A stretch of DNA of 63,845 nucleotides, the filler included, from Octopus bimaculoides (Eukaryota): assembly GCF_001194135.2 (NCBI RefSeq). It is 9 parts of 9 records of this genome, joined end to end, with 100 filler letters (N's around TTAATTAATTAA, not from the genome) between each part and the next. Parts side by side here need not be neighbours in the genome. Positions count along the whole stretch, not along the records: positions 34,859 to 52,370 come from NC_068983.1; positions 52,471 to 56,502 come from NC_069003.1; positions 56,603 to 62,615 come from NC_068985.1; 6 more parts are not named here. The stretch is one strand, 5' to 3'. The notes below the pieces were generated by a model. It worked only from the letters and a program-made list of their open reading frames with translations. It had not been told where the DNA came from and ran no database searches. This document shows positions 48,701 to 60,557 of this stretch, one piece after another. The number at the start of each line of letters is the position of its first letter. Within the stretch, counting starts at the first letter, position 1. Position numbers and translations under genes: made by a program.

Positions 48701-50013
48701 TCAGACAGAACATATTACCTAATCCAGAAATCAAACCCATGACCTTATGATTACAAAGTCAGTATCCTAACCACTAGGCCACATGCATTCACACCAGAGC
48801 TCCACAAACAGAATAACCACAAAATTTGCTACTACTCTTGATGTGATTTTTTGATAAACTATTCTTTTGAATGTAATACATATATAAATGGTCCTGAAAT
48901 TCCTTGCTAAACAGATTTCATTGACCACTGTTGCACATCTCTCTCCAGTGAGCTGATGAGGAAACAGGTGGGTAAAAGAGAGGAGAGGGGATGGGGAAGG
49001 AGGGGATGGGGAAGGAGGGGAGGAGGATGTTCTGTCACTGCTGCCACTCTGCCCCTCTCCTCAAACCTCATTGATACCAACATTCATCTCTTTATGGTAG
49101 ATGAAATAAAGTACCAGTAAATTACAGGAGTGGATTTTCATTTCTATAAAACACCTTAGATATTAAAAGAATTATAAGAGAACTGTAGATCGTTAAGGAC
49201 TCAGATTTTCCAGGATAATGAAGAGCATTATATACAAATCTCTAAACAAACAACTTCCACAAATGTATACAACTAAGGATTTCATCAACATCACCGATCT
49301 TCTTTAAACTGGTGTTATTTGGTCTGACTACCATTTCTGATGACAATGGTGCAAAAATTGGCATGTTCACCAATAATTAATGCCTAGCCAGTAGAATTGC
49401 TTGCAATTAAGCCTTTTCATCTTGACTTTTGATCAAGTCAAGAGGTAGCAGTTACCCTCTCACATCAGGAGAATGCTAATTCCATATGCAGTGAACACCA
49501 AATTGTGTACCATAATGTAAATGAGTTATACATAGGCATGTTTTTGTTTACATTTTAAGAAGTACTTTTCAACAAGGTACCCAGGGTAGTTTGATAAGGA
49601 CAATTAAGTGAATGCTTATAATAAATAAAACAAATTTGTTCAATCCTCACTCATAGCTGTGAAAAATAAACCAAAAAGCTGTGGGTCACAATTTCACAGC
49701 AAAGCAAAATATATAAGGATATGGCTTATTTTCTTTTATTCTTTTAATGATTGGAATAATTGGACTGTGGCTATGCTGGGATGCCTCCTTCAAATGTTTA
49801 ACTGATCAAACTGATATTATCAACCCAAGTGCTTTTTTAGTCTAAAACTTATTTTATTGATATCTGTTTGTTGAATTACTAGTTTTAAGTGGTGTGAGCA
49901 TAAACAAAGATATAGATATGGAATTAGACAAATTTGCACTCCCATGCACATGTGTGTGTGTGTGGGAATTAGTTGTTTGTCTGACTACCTACTGCCAAAA
50001 TAAGTCTTCTTGA

Positions 50014-50107
50014 TTAACCCTTTAGCATTCAAATTATTCTGCCAAATATAATGCTTATTTATTCACACAGTGGATGGATATGACCAGTTTAAATGCTAAA
50101 GGGTTAA
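50014..50107. mobile_element. piggyBac-type MITE with TTAA target-site duplication
   Basis: TTAA-CCCTTTAGCATTCAAA ... TTTAAATGCTAAAGGG-TTAA (16-bp TIR, 1 mismatch). Confidence 0.88.
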
Positions 50108-51393
50108 AGCTGTCATGAGGCTACACTATGACAAATTTATGATCATTATGCATCCCCAGATCAGAATATATTCATGCGAGAAAAACTTGACTGCAATCTG
50201 TTACCCACTAATTGATTAGCAAATGTGATATTTTACAACGTTAATGTTTTCTGTTTGTACAAGTGAAAGAGAAATATTAATTGTGCTTGACTAGGCAAAT
50301 AATTTTTTTTATGTTGGCAGACGAAGTATCTTATTCACTTAGTTGATATCACTGTGAGTGGAAACTCACTATGGGGGTGAGTGAACATCAGGAGAAATCA
50401 TAAAAAGTAGACCTCTCATCAAACAAATGTTTTGACCCATTAGTTCCTGACACTCTTAAGGAACTGGCTCTACCTAAGTACTGACTCCTAAGTATTCTTC
50501 TACTTTTATTTAAATACCATCTTGAGTGGGAATTGAACTCTGAACCTTTAGATGAACATATTGCTGAGCCACAGAGACCACTGCATGAATTTGCACTGTC
50601 TCAAACCGGGTTTCCTTCCTCCTATATTTAGTGGCCTACTGTATTCCTTTTCACTGCTAGTTACCTTTCCTTTTCACCATTAACCACTTATTTGATCAAC
50701 TTTCAGAAAGATAAAATGCAAAATCAACCTTAACAGATTTCAAACTTAGATTTTAAAGAGATAAAGCTAAATATTGCAAGACAACATTTTATCTATTGCT
50801 CATTGTTTCTGCTATTGGTATGTTCCTAGTTGAAAGATACATTGATTTCTTTTAATTAGTCATATGGCCAACCTTTTCTGGGGATTAAATTGAATGAACT
50901 ATAAACACCAATACAACTTATCTCATCATGCAGACAAGAAAAACTAACGACTTCAAACTGAGTAGAATAATAATGATGATCAATCCTTAATTGGTTTCAA
51001 TGATGGACATTCAATTCTTTGATTAACTGAACTGCCTACTCATTACATTAATTAATAAATGCTTGAGTATTCCACAGCTATGTGTACTCTTAAGATAATT
51101 CCCAGGTTGAGTTAATATAATATGATTTGTGACAAGGCCAAACCCTTGAATTAAAAGTAAAATCCAACTGATAAGCTTCCAGACATTTCCTGTCTCCCTA
51201 ATTTAATTTTACTTAGAGAGACTGGATCAATCCAGGCCTATAATTAAAGACACTTGACTACGATTCCACTTAGTGGAATTTAATTTAGAGCCTTATGATT
51301 GAGAAACGAACTACTTGACTGTTCAGTTACACTTGCATCATAAAAAAATATTTTGTAGAAACTGAAATAAAAAAGAAAAAAACAGGTATAGAC

Positions 51394-51560
51394 ATGGCTG
51401 TGTGGTAAGAAGCTTCCTTCCCAACCACATGGTTCCGGTTTCAGTCTCACTGTGTAACACCTTGGGTATGTGTGTGTCTTCTACTATAGCCTTGGGCTGA
51501 CCAAAGCCTTGTGAGTGGATTTGGTAGACAGAAACTAAAAGAAGCCCATTGTATGCGTAT
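51394..51560 (+). mobile_element. SINE family B, head and CORE-like region
   Basis: atggctgtgtggtaagaagctt..ggttccggtttcagtc..accttgggt..tgtcttctactatagcc. Confidence 0.85.
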
Positions 51561-51596
51561 GTGTGTGTGTGTGTGAAAATATATATATATACGAGA

Positions 51597-52248
51597 CCTC
51601 TTGGTCCACAGCTTCTTCCCTAACCCAACCTCCCAACCCGGCTCGTTCCCCTGCTCCCACTCACGCTGCCACACTTACCCTTACTTCTCCAACATCACCC
51701 TCCTCACAGGCACCCATCATCGATCCTATCACATCACTGACTCCTTCACCTGGACTTCTAGCAACATCATCTACTGCATCTCCTGCTCTCTCTGTCCTTC
51801 TCTAAACATCGGTCAAACGCTTGGCTGACCGGTTCAAGGAACACCTCCGAGACATCTGACTTGGCAATGACACCCCGATTTCACACCATTTCCACTCTAC
51901 TGATCACACTTTACAACACCTGTCTGTGTTCGGACTGTCCTTGCACAGGGGCCATCCGGACTCCCATCTTCACCGTGAGCAGGGATTAATATTTTCTCTT
52001 TGCTCCTTTGTGCCACATGAGCTCAACTTTCTCCCATCTTCATCTAACCCTCCTCATTTCTCCTCTCATCTCACATCTACTTCCTCCCTCCCACCTCTCC
52101 TCTCTCCCTGTTTATTTCTGTTTTCCCTTCTGTCAAAGAGCGTAGGCTTGAAACGTAAAGACTTTCTCATTTCCTGAGCATTAAACCAATACATCTGTTT
52201 GCTGTTTACACACCCATCTTCATCTTTTGTTTTTTTGTAAATTCTCAC

Positions 52249-52250
<2 letters not shown>
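51597..52250 (+). mobile_element. Penelope-like element, 3' end (GIY-YIG endonuclease plus pseudo-LTR), disrupted
   Basis: PGSFPCSHSRCHTYPY..ITDSFTWTSSNIIYCISCSLCPSLNIGQT / LADRFKEHLRDI*LGNDTPISHHFHSTDHTLQHLSVFGL..REQGLIFSL...PHELN matches the PLE GIY-YIG consensus. Confidence 0.9.
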
Positions 52251-52301
<51 letters not shown>

Positions 52302-52370
52302 ATATATATAAATTAAATAATGAGGGTAGAAATTGATATTAATCAATTAAAACCAGTGACTTAGCATATT

Positions 52371-52470
52371 NNNNNNNNNNNNNNNNNNNNNNNNNNNNNN
52401 NNNNNNNNNNNNNNTTAATTAATTAANNNNNNNNNNNNNNNNNNNNNNNNNNNNNNNNNNNNNNNNNNNN
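52371..52470. other. Artificial scaffold-joining spacer
   Basis: 44 N + TTAATTAATTAA (52415-52426) + 44 N. Confidence 0.97.
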
Positions 52471-52505
<35 letters not shown>

Positions 52506-52649
52506 TATATACATATATGCATGTGTATGTATTTTCATACAAGCACGTTTATGCACACATAGTCATATATGTGCGCCTACCATTATATGCATGTGTATAT
52601 ATATATCTTATCTAGAATTGTATGTATATATCCATATATATGTGTGTGT

Positions 52650-52681
<32 letters not shown>

Positions 52682-53242
52682 GAGGAGGGAGAGTATGTGC
52701 ATATGTATGCATCAATGTATGTATGCATGTTTGCATGTACGCACGTCTTTATATGCATGTACTGAGGCATGTACGAATATACATATAAGGACATACACGC
52801 ATGTCTGCGTATATATATATATGTGTATGAGTATGTGTGCATGTTAGTGTTTGTGTGTGTGTGTTAGCGTTTGTGTGCACGTGTGTGTGTCTATGTGCGT
52901 GTAGTTATATATATGTGTTGTTATGCACATATATACATATATATGCATGTATATTTGCATGTATGTATTTATGCATATGTATATATATATACATATATAT
53001 ATTTGTGTGTGCGTGTTTGCGTGTGTGTGTACGTATGCATGTAAGCAGGTAGGTTAGTGGTCGTGTGGGAGATTTTTATTAACTTCACAGTTTTTTAACC
53101 TAATTCGACAAGACACTTGCCACGGCTGATTATATACTAAAACTGTTTTTATACGCTGTCATTATATACACTCACTAACATATGCACATATATAGAAGCA
53201 CACACACACACATGCACACTCACATACATGCACACTCACACA

Positions 53243-53276
<34 letters not shown>

Positions 53277-53661
53277 ATCATTTACGTATGTATATGCAAT
53301 TACTGACACACACACAAAAACACATTTAAACAGATATATACACACACCATAACGAGTATTCAGAAACACATACATATATGTACATTTATATACATATTTA
53401 TACACACACAATTACACTAGCATGTTCGTATATTCAAATAATGCATACACACATACACACGCATGCGTGCATGCATAAATATATGCATATGCACATATAT
53501 GTAGTATTGGACAGTTAAAGTATATATTCATAAAATTTGGCTGAAGTTGATGGGTGAGTGTTTGGCCCAATCGGATGTGCAAGGAGCCGTGTAAGCGTTA
53601 ATTTGTGGATTCGATTCTGGCCTGCGTTAACTCATCATTTTTCAGTCAATTATTTAGATAT

Positions 53662-53735
53662 AAAGGCAGCGAGCTGGCAGAACCGTTAGCACGCCAGGCG
53701 AAACGCTTGGTAGTATATCGTCTGCCTTCGCATTG
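53662..53735 (+). mobile_element. SINE family C, head fragment
   Basis: aaggcagcgagctggcagaaccgttagcacgccaggcgaaacgctt. Confidence 0.8.
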
Positions 53736-53839
53736 TTTATATAGACGCGTTCGCGTAAGAAACGTCATAATTTGTTGTGCTGGCTCTAAATTCCATAGAA
53801 AATCTACAGAGATAACCTTAAAAGTGAAGATGTATATGT

Positions 53840-54005
53840 ACACGATGGGCCTCTTTCAGTTTCCATCTACTTGATCCAATCACAAGGCTTTAGTCGGCCT
53901 CCGAGCTATAGCAAAATACATTTGCCCAAGATTCTATACGGCAGTGGGACTGAACTCAGCACAATTTGGCTGGGAACCAAACTTCTTATCCCAGAGCCAT
54001 GCCTG
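53840..54005 (-). mobile_element. SINE family B, diverged 5' half
   Basis: ctttcagtttccatctac..cacaaggctttagtcggcc..ttgcccaag..gcagtgggactgaac. Confidence 0.75.
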
Positions 54006-54461
54006 ACCCGATTATAAATTTTAAAATTTCAAGATTTCTCGACACACATTGCTTCTAATATGACATGGGGGTGTTATGGAAATTGGATACATGTGGCAAA
54101 CCAGCTGGAACGGAGAAAAGGGGCCCCCAGAAGGGGTCCTGAGCAACATATAGATATAGTGGAAGTGGAAATCCCAGACGGAATATTGGTTTTCCGCCCA
54201 ACGTTGGTTTCCATCAACTTCCTGGTTGGTGCAACGTTAGTCTCAGAGAGGAACTAATACCTGAAAAGAAAACAACACACACACACACATATCCACGCAT
54301 ACAAGCACACACATGCACACGTGTATGATGGTATGATGTATGTATATACTTATAGAAATGTATATATATGTATATAGATAAATATACGCAAAAACATTCA
54401 TACATATTCATACATACATACAGACAGACAGACAAACAGGCAGACAGACAGACAGACAGAC

Positions 54462-54505
<44 letters not shown>

Positions 54506-55324
54506 GTAGATAAATAGATGTCATCAGGAAGCAAGCTTCTTACCACACAGCCACGCCTGCGCCTACACATATATATNNNNNNNNNNNNNNNNNNNNNNNN
54601 NNNNNNNNNNNNNNNNNNNNNNNNNNNNNNNNNNNNNNNNNNNNNNNNNNNNNNNNNNNNNNNNNNNNNNNNNNNNNNNNNNNNNNNNNNNNNNNNNNNN
54701 NNNNNNNNNNNNNNNNNNNNNNNNNNNNNNNNNNNNNNNNNNNNNNNNNNNNNNNNNNNNNNNNNNNNNNNNNNNNNNNNNNNNNNNNNNNNNNNNNNNN
54801 NNNNNNNNNNNNNNNNNNNNNNNNNNNNNNNNNNNNNNNNNNNNNNNNNNNNNNNNNNNNNNNNNNNNNNNNNNNNNNNNNNNNNNNNNNNNNNNNNNNN
54901 NNNNNNNNNNNNNNNNNNNNNNNNNNNNNNNNNNNNNNNNNNNNNNNNNNNNNNNNNNNNNNNNNNNNNNNNNNNNNNNNNNNNNNNNNNNNNNNNNNNN
55001 NNNNNNNNNNNNNNNNNNNNNNNNNNNNNNNNNNNNNNNNNNNNNNNNNNNNNNNNNNNNNNNNNNNNNNNNNNNNNNNNNNNNNNNNNNNNNNNNNNNN
55101 NNNNNNNNNNNNNNNNNNNNNNNNNNNNNNNNNNNNNNNNNNNNNNNNNNNNNNNNNNNNNNNNNNNNNNNNNNNNNNNNNNNNNNNNNNNNNNNNNNNN
55201 NNNNNNNNNNNNNNNNNNNNNNNNNNNNNNNNNNNNNNNNNNNNNNNNNNNNNNNNNNNNNNNNNNNNNNNNNNNNNNNNNNNNNNNNNNNNNNNNNNNN
55301 NNNNNNNNNNNNNNNNNNNNNNNN

Positions 55325-55683
55325 ACTGGCAAAAGAACTTCAAGTTAGCGAGAAAACTGCCTGCAACCATTTGCATGCGATAGGAAAATCAAAAGAGCTC
55401 AACAAATGGATACCAAGCGATTTGAATGAAAATCAGACAATGCGCAGATATGAAATTTGCTCATTGCTTCTTCTCCGTAACCAGACCGATCCATTTCCGA
55501 CCGTATTGTAACTTGTGATGAAAAGTGGATTCTGTACAATAATAAAAAAACGTTCTTCGCGGTAGTTGCACCAAAATGAAGCATCGAAAACCTTCCCTAA
55601 ACCTGAGCTCTTCAACAAGAAAATTATGGTGACCATTTGGTGGTGTACTGCCGGACTCATCCACTATAACTTCTTAAAACCTG
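55325..55683 (+). mobile_element. Mariner (Hsmar1/cecropia-like) transposase fragment, frameshifted
   Basis: LAKELQVSEKTACNHLHAIGKSKELNKWIPSDLNENQ..RRYEICSLLLLRNQTDPF / DRIVTCDEKWILYNN / FPKPELFNKKIMVTIWWCTAGLIHYNFLKP. Confidence 0.9.
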
Positions 55684-55765
55684 TAAAAGAACTCACAAGT
55701 TAGGTCCTCCAACCAGGCCTTTTGCGATATCCTTAAAGCGAGTAACTTTTCAGCACCCTTCATAT
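55682..55765 (-). mobile_element. Terminus of a second mariner-derived element (MITE-like)
   Basis: Minus strand begins TA..GAAGGGTGCTGAAAAGTT, a mariner-type TIR start, abutting the transposase fragment. Confidence 0.55.
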
Positions 55766-55817
55766 GTATGTGTGTACGTATACATACATGCGTACAGATA
55801 GACAAACAGATAGATAA

Positions 55818-55890
<73 letters not shown>

Positions 55891-56438
55891 AAGTTATGTA
55901 AATAGTAACATACTTTCTTACCATACGTACGTAGGCATGTACAATCACCTACATGCATACGTACCTGCGTACATACATATATTCATACATACATGCATAA
56001 CATACATGCATGCATACACACATACATACATACAAGTATACGTATGTGCGTGCATGCATCGATACATACATACACACACATACATACATATACAAAAAAC
56101 ACGATCTGTTCAGCTGTTAAAAGGCCAATATTCTACCAGCCTACCTTGTATCTTGATTATTTCAATAAAGGCCCACCCCTCTATCTTTTTTTTTTTTACT
56201 AGTTCTTTGCCCACATGGTTAACTTTTGCCCATAAACTTAACACGAATCATATGGCCTTCTGTTTAGTTACAAACCAACACGACTTCCATTAATCGGAAT
56301 AACATTCGGCCCATCTGGTTCACTTTTCTCAACGCCGACCCTTCCTGCACTATACCGTACGTTTAGGATCTTTCATTTGGTTTTTCGGGCACCCCTTTCA
56401 CACAACAAGACATCTCTCTGTCTATCTCTATCTCTCTC

Positions 56439-56502
<64 letters not shown>

Positions 56503-56602
56503 NNNNNNNNNNNNNNNNNNNNNNNNNNNNNNNNNNNNNNNNNNNNTTAATTAATTAANNNNNNNNNNNNNNNNNNNNNNNNNNNNNNNNNNNNNNNNNN
56601 NN
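56503..56602. other. Artificial scaffold-joining spacer
   Basis: 44 N + TTAATTAATTAA (56547-56558) + 44 N. Confidence 0.97.
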
Positions 56603-56641
<39 letters not shown>

Positions 56642-56940
56642 GTATATATATATGCGTGAATATATTTACCACTTAAATGTGGCTAACCGCTAAGGGTTGC
56701 TTGTAGTCCCAGGAGGACACCTCCTCCAGCTGGCTATTGACACTTTTTGTGCCCTATCAGTATTTGCAAAAGGAAGCCACCCTTCCCATCTTTGACCTGA
56801 CGTGATACGCACGGACCCGGGTTACTAGGTATTTACCGGTCATCAGCGCACGACAATCACCGGTCATCGATGCGAAGGGGTGTCAATGCAAATACATATA
56901 TCCTTATATCACATATAAAGTGGAGAATATACTTCACGTT

Positions 56941-57275
56941 GTTCCGGGATCAGTCCCACTGCGTGGCACCTTGGGCAAGTGTCTTCTACTAATCGACCCC
57001 AGGACTTATTCTTTGTTAGCCGAGTGCTTATTCTATCGGTCTCTTTTGCCGAACCGCTAAGTTACGGGGACGTAAACACATCAGCATCGGTTGTCAAGCG
57101 ATGTTGGGGGGACAAACACAGACACACAAACACACACACACACACACACACACACAGATATATATACGACAGGCTTCTTTCACTTTCCGTCTACCAAATT
57201 CACTCACAAGGTTTTGGTGGGCCCAAGGCTGAACCTGGAACCATGTGGTTGGTAAGCAAGCTACTTACCGCACAG
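56941..57275 (-). mobile_element. Rearranged SINE family B copy
   Basis: Minus-strand copy 56991-57275 lacks about 40 nt of the CORE region; that segment is present in inverted orientation at 56941-56990. Confidence 0.8.
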
Positions 57276-57559
57276 CAACCCTTAATTATTTGTCTCTAAT
57301 ATTTCCAGAACCCTTTGAATAACAGCCTGCTGTGTCTCCCTCGTGTGTAATGTTTGATTTTTTTCAAGTAATTCTTTACCAATCTCCAAAGTTGCTGTAA
57401 TTATATGAGACATATAAATTTGACGATTTTTAAGTCCTTTCTTTTTTTTTTTCAGGAACTGGTTGATATATTGATGAACAGTCGACGGTGTTGGAGAGCA
57501 TGAAGATTAAGGCTGTAACTGTGAAAAAGTTAGGTGGCATGGAGGACGGGAAGCCAGTT

Positions 57560-57710
57560 GAATACTGGAAAAGAGTTACCTCCATTACGATGATTCCCAC
57601 TGGGTATCAAAATGCCATCATTACTGTGGCTCAATGATCTGTGAACAATATAAAGACTGTAAGACGTGATATAGACACCTTCAACAAAGACTACGGCGCC
57701 ATGATCAACG
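57560..57710 (+). mobile_element. Possible maT-like transposase N-terminal relic
   Basis: TGYQNAIITVAQ*SVNNIKTVRRDIDTFNKDY resembles HTH N-termini of maT elements; highly decayed. Confidence 0.3.
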
Positions 57711-57711
57711 T

Positions 57712-57790
57712 ATGTGATGTGAGGATATGACAATGTGATGTGAGGATATGACAATGTGATGTGAGGATATGACAATGTGATGTGAGGATA
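57712..57790. repeat. 21-bp tandem repeat x3.8 (atgtgatgtgaggatatgaca)
   Basis: Perfect copies start at 57712, 57733, 57754 and 57775. Confidence 0.95.
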
Positions 57791-58084
57791 ACTTGGGCGT
57801 GATTGCCTTGTCTTTATAGTTTTGTGAACAAGTGCTGGAGCGATTTCTCCTTCAGTGTGAGGAAATAAGAGGATCCTATTTTTTCATTTATTCCCATAAT
57901 TAATTTTGTAGTTTAAATTTTTTTTTTCCAATTGGATGGTTGTATATTTTTCAATCCTTTTGTTGTTAAATAAAATTGAATAAAAGAATAAAATTGTTTA
58001 TTCTTGCAACAGACACGTCTATAACCAGGATTTCAAATATATTAATTTAGTCACTCTTACGTACATCTGTATGTGTGTGCGTGT

Positions 58085-58097
58085 GAGAGAGAGAGAG

Positions 58098-58156
<59 letters not shown>

Positions 58157-58189
58157 GAGAGAGAGACAGAGAGAGAGAGACAGACAGAC

Positions 58190-58234
<45 letters not shown>

Positions 58235-58235
58235 G
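58085..58235. repeat. (GA)n/(GACA)n compound microsatellite
   Basis: Direct inspection. Confidence 0.95.
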
Positions 58236-58639
58236 ATGGGTCATAATAAGAATAGTAATGAAGAAAATCCTGATAATGGGTTCAGAAATTTTACGGTATC
58301 AAACAATTTGCAAGTTACTCGAAAACTATTTTAAAAAATTCATTATTTGTTAAAAATGACAAAAACGGAACACAGCCGTATTTTCAGTACATGCCAAAGA
58401 AAACATGTATTGATATATGTATACATGCATATATATGTATATATGTATAAGTATATTGTTATATATTCAGATACACATATACAGTGTGTGTATTGGGGGT
58501 GGGGAGAAGCCTAATTTCTCAAGATTGATATTTAGGCAGTATCTTACATATCCCATTGCCGCAATAATTACAGGTATAAACCTGAAGTTGTAATCTGCAT
58601 AGAGTAACTGCAGATTTCTCAATAGGTCAGCGTAGATAT

Positions 58640-59570
58640 TCTCTCTTCGATAAATTAAGTACCAGTTGCGTACTGGGGTCGATCTAATCGACTGGCGCCC
58701 TCCCCCTAAATTTCGGGCCTTGTGCCTAGAGTAGAAAAGAATATTATTAACTGATTATAAGGCGGCGAGCTGGCAGAAACGTTAGCACGCCGGGCGAAAT
58801 GCTTAGCGGTTTTTCGTCTGTCATTACGTTCTGAGTTCAAATTCCGCCGAGGTTGACTTTGCCTTTCATCCTTTCGGGGTCGATAAATTAAGTACCAGTT
58901 ACGCACTGGGGTCGATGTAATCGACTTAATCCGTTCGTCTGTTCTTGTTTGCTCCCTCTATGTTTAGCTCCTTGTGGGCAATAACGAAATAGGTATTTCT
59001 CCCGTCGCTACTTTCTGAGTTCAAATTCTGCCAAGGGCAACTTTGCCTTTCAACCTTTCGAAGTCGATAAAATAAGTACCAGCTAGAAACGCTGGGATCG
59101 ATGTAATCGATTCATTCCTTCTCCCAAAATGGCTGCCCTTGTGGGAAAATTTGAAACCATTATTAACTAATTATATAAGGCGGTGAGCTGACAGAATCGT
59201 TAGCACGCCTGGCAAAATGCTTAACGGCATTTCGTCCGTTCTTACGCTCTGAGTTCAAATTCCGCAGAAGCCGACTTCGCATTTCATCCCTTCGGCATCG
59301 ATTTAATAAGTACCAGTTGAACACTGGGGTTGATGCACTCGGTTTACTCCCGCCCTAAATATTGCTGGCCTTGTGCCAAATTTTGAAATCATTATTATTA
59401 ACTGATTACTCTTAGCCTTTAGATTATGATGCCTGGAATGTGAACTGAATCGTTAGAAAGTCGAAAATATGCTTTGTGTTATTTCTTCCGGCGTTTTCCG
59501 TTCTGAGTTCAATTCCTAGCGACGTTTACTTTTACTTCCATCCCATCAAGATCAATAAAACATGAAGTAC
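58640..59570 (+). mobile_element. Head-to-tail array of about five family C SINE units, complete and partial
   Basis: Repeated gagttcaaattc...gtcgataaa.taagtaccag cores; heads at about 58759 and 59177; shared attattaact(g/a)atta linker. Confidence 0.88.
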
Positions 59571-59576
59571 CAATCA

Positions 59577-59733
59577 GGCGTGGCTGTGTGGTAAGTAGTT
59601 TGCTTCTCAACCACATGGTCCCGGGTTCAGTCCCACTGTGTGATACCTTGAGCAAGTGTCTTCTACTATAGCCTCGAGCCGACCAAAGCCTTGTGAATGA
59701 ATTTGGTAGACGGAAACTGAAAGAGGCTCGTCG

Positions 59734-59806
<73 letters not shown>

Positions 59807-59847
59807 TAGTGTGTTTACGCCCCCGTAACTTAGCGGTTCGGCATAAG
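59577..59847 (+). mobile_element. SINE family B, from the head into the 3' part, cut by a gap
   Basis: ggcgtggctgtgtggtaagtagtttgctt...accttgagcaagtgtcttctactatagcc...gtgtttacgcccccgtaacttagcggttcggc. Confidence 0.9.
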
Positions 59848-60360
59848 NNNNNNNNNNNNNNNNNNNNNNNNNNNNNNNNNNNNNNNNNNNNNNNNNNNNN
59901 NNNNNNNNNNNNNNNNNNNNNNNNNNNNNNNNNNNNNNNNNNNNNNNNNNNNNNNNNNNNNNNNNNNNNNNNNNNNNNNNNNNNNNNNNNNNNNNNNNNN
60001 NNNNNNNNNNNNNNNNNNNNNNNNNNNNNNNNNNNNNNNNNNNNNNNNNNNNNNNNNNNNNNNNNNNNNNNNNNNNNNNNNNNNNNNNNNNNNNNNNNNN
60101 NNNNNNNNNNNNNNNNNNNNNNNNNNNNNNNNNNNNNNNNNNNNNNNNNNNNNNNNNNNNNNNNNNNNNNNNNNNNNNNNNNNNNNNNNNNNNNNNNNNN
60201 NNNNNNNNNNNNNNNNNNNNNNNNNNNNNNNNNNNNNNNNNNNNNNNNNNNNNNNNNNNNNNNNNNNNNNNNNNNNNNNNNNNNNNNNNNNNNNNNNNNN
60301 NNNNNNNNNNNNNNNNNNNNNNNNNNNNNNNNNNNNNNNNNNNNNNNNNNNNNNNNNNNN

Positions 60361-60557
60361 ATTTTTGGGGAGGGAACCAGTCGATTAGATCGACCACAGT
60401 ACGCAACTTGCACTTAATTTATCGACCCCGAAAGGGTGAAAGAAAAGATGATAAGCAAAGTCGACCTCGGCGAAATTTGAACTCAGAACATAAAGTCAGA
60501 CGAAATACTGCTAAGCATTTCGCCCGGAGTGCTAACGTTTCTGCCAGCTCGCCGCCG
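60361..60557 (-). mobile_element. SINE family C
   Basis: Ends in tttctgccagctcgccgcc, the reverse complement of the head. Confidence 0.88.

Noticed and set aside
48947-48966. CTGATGAG-GAAAC as a hammerhead ribozyme
   Set aside because: There is no stem II between the core halves and no NUH site with a pairing stem I; probably chance.
57712-57790. 21-bp perfect repeats as a CRISPR array or coding repeat (SYPHITL)
   Set aside because: A spacer-less minisatellite; the peptide repeat is a by-product of the period being a multiple of three.
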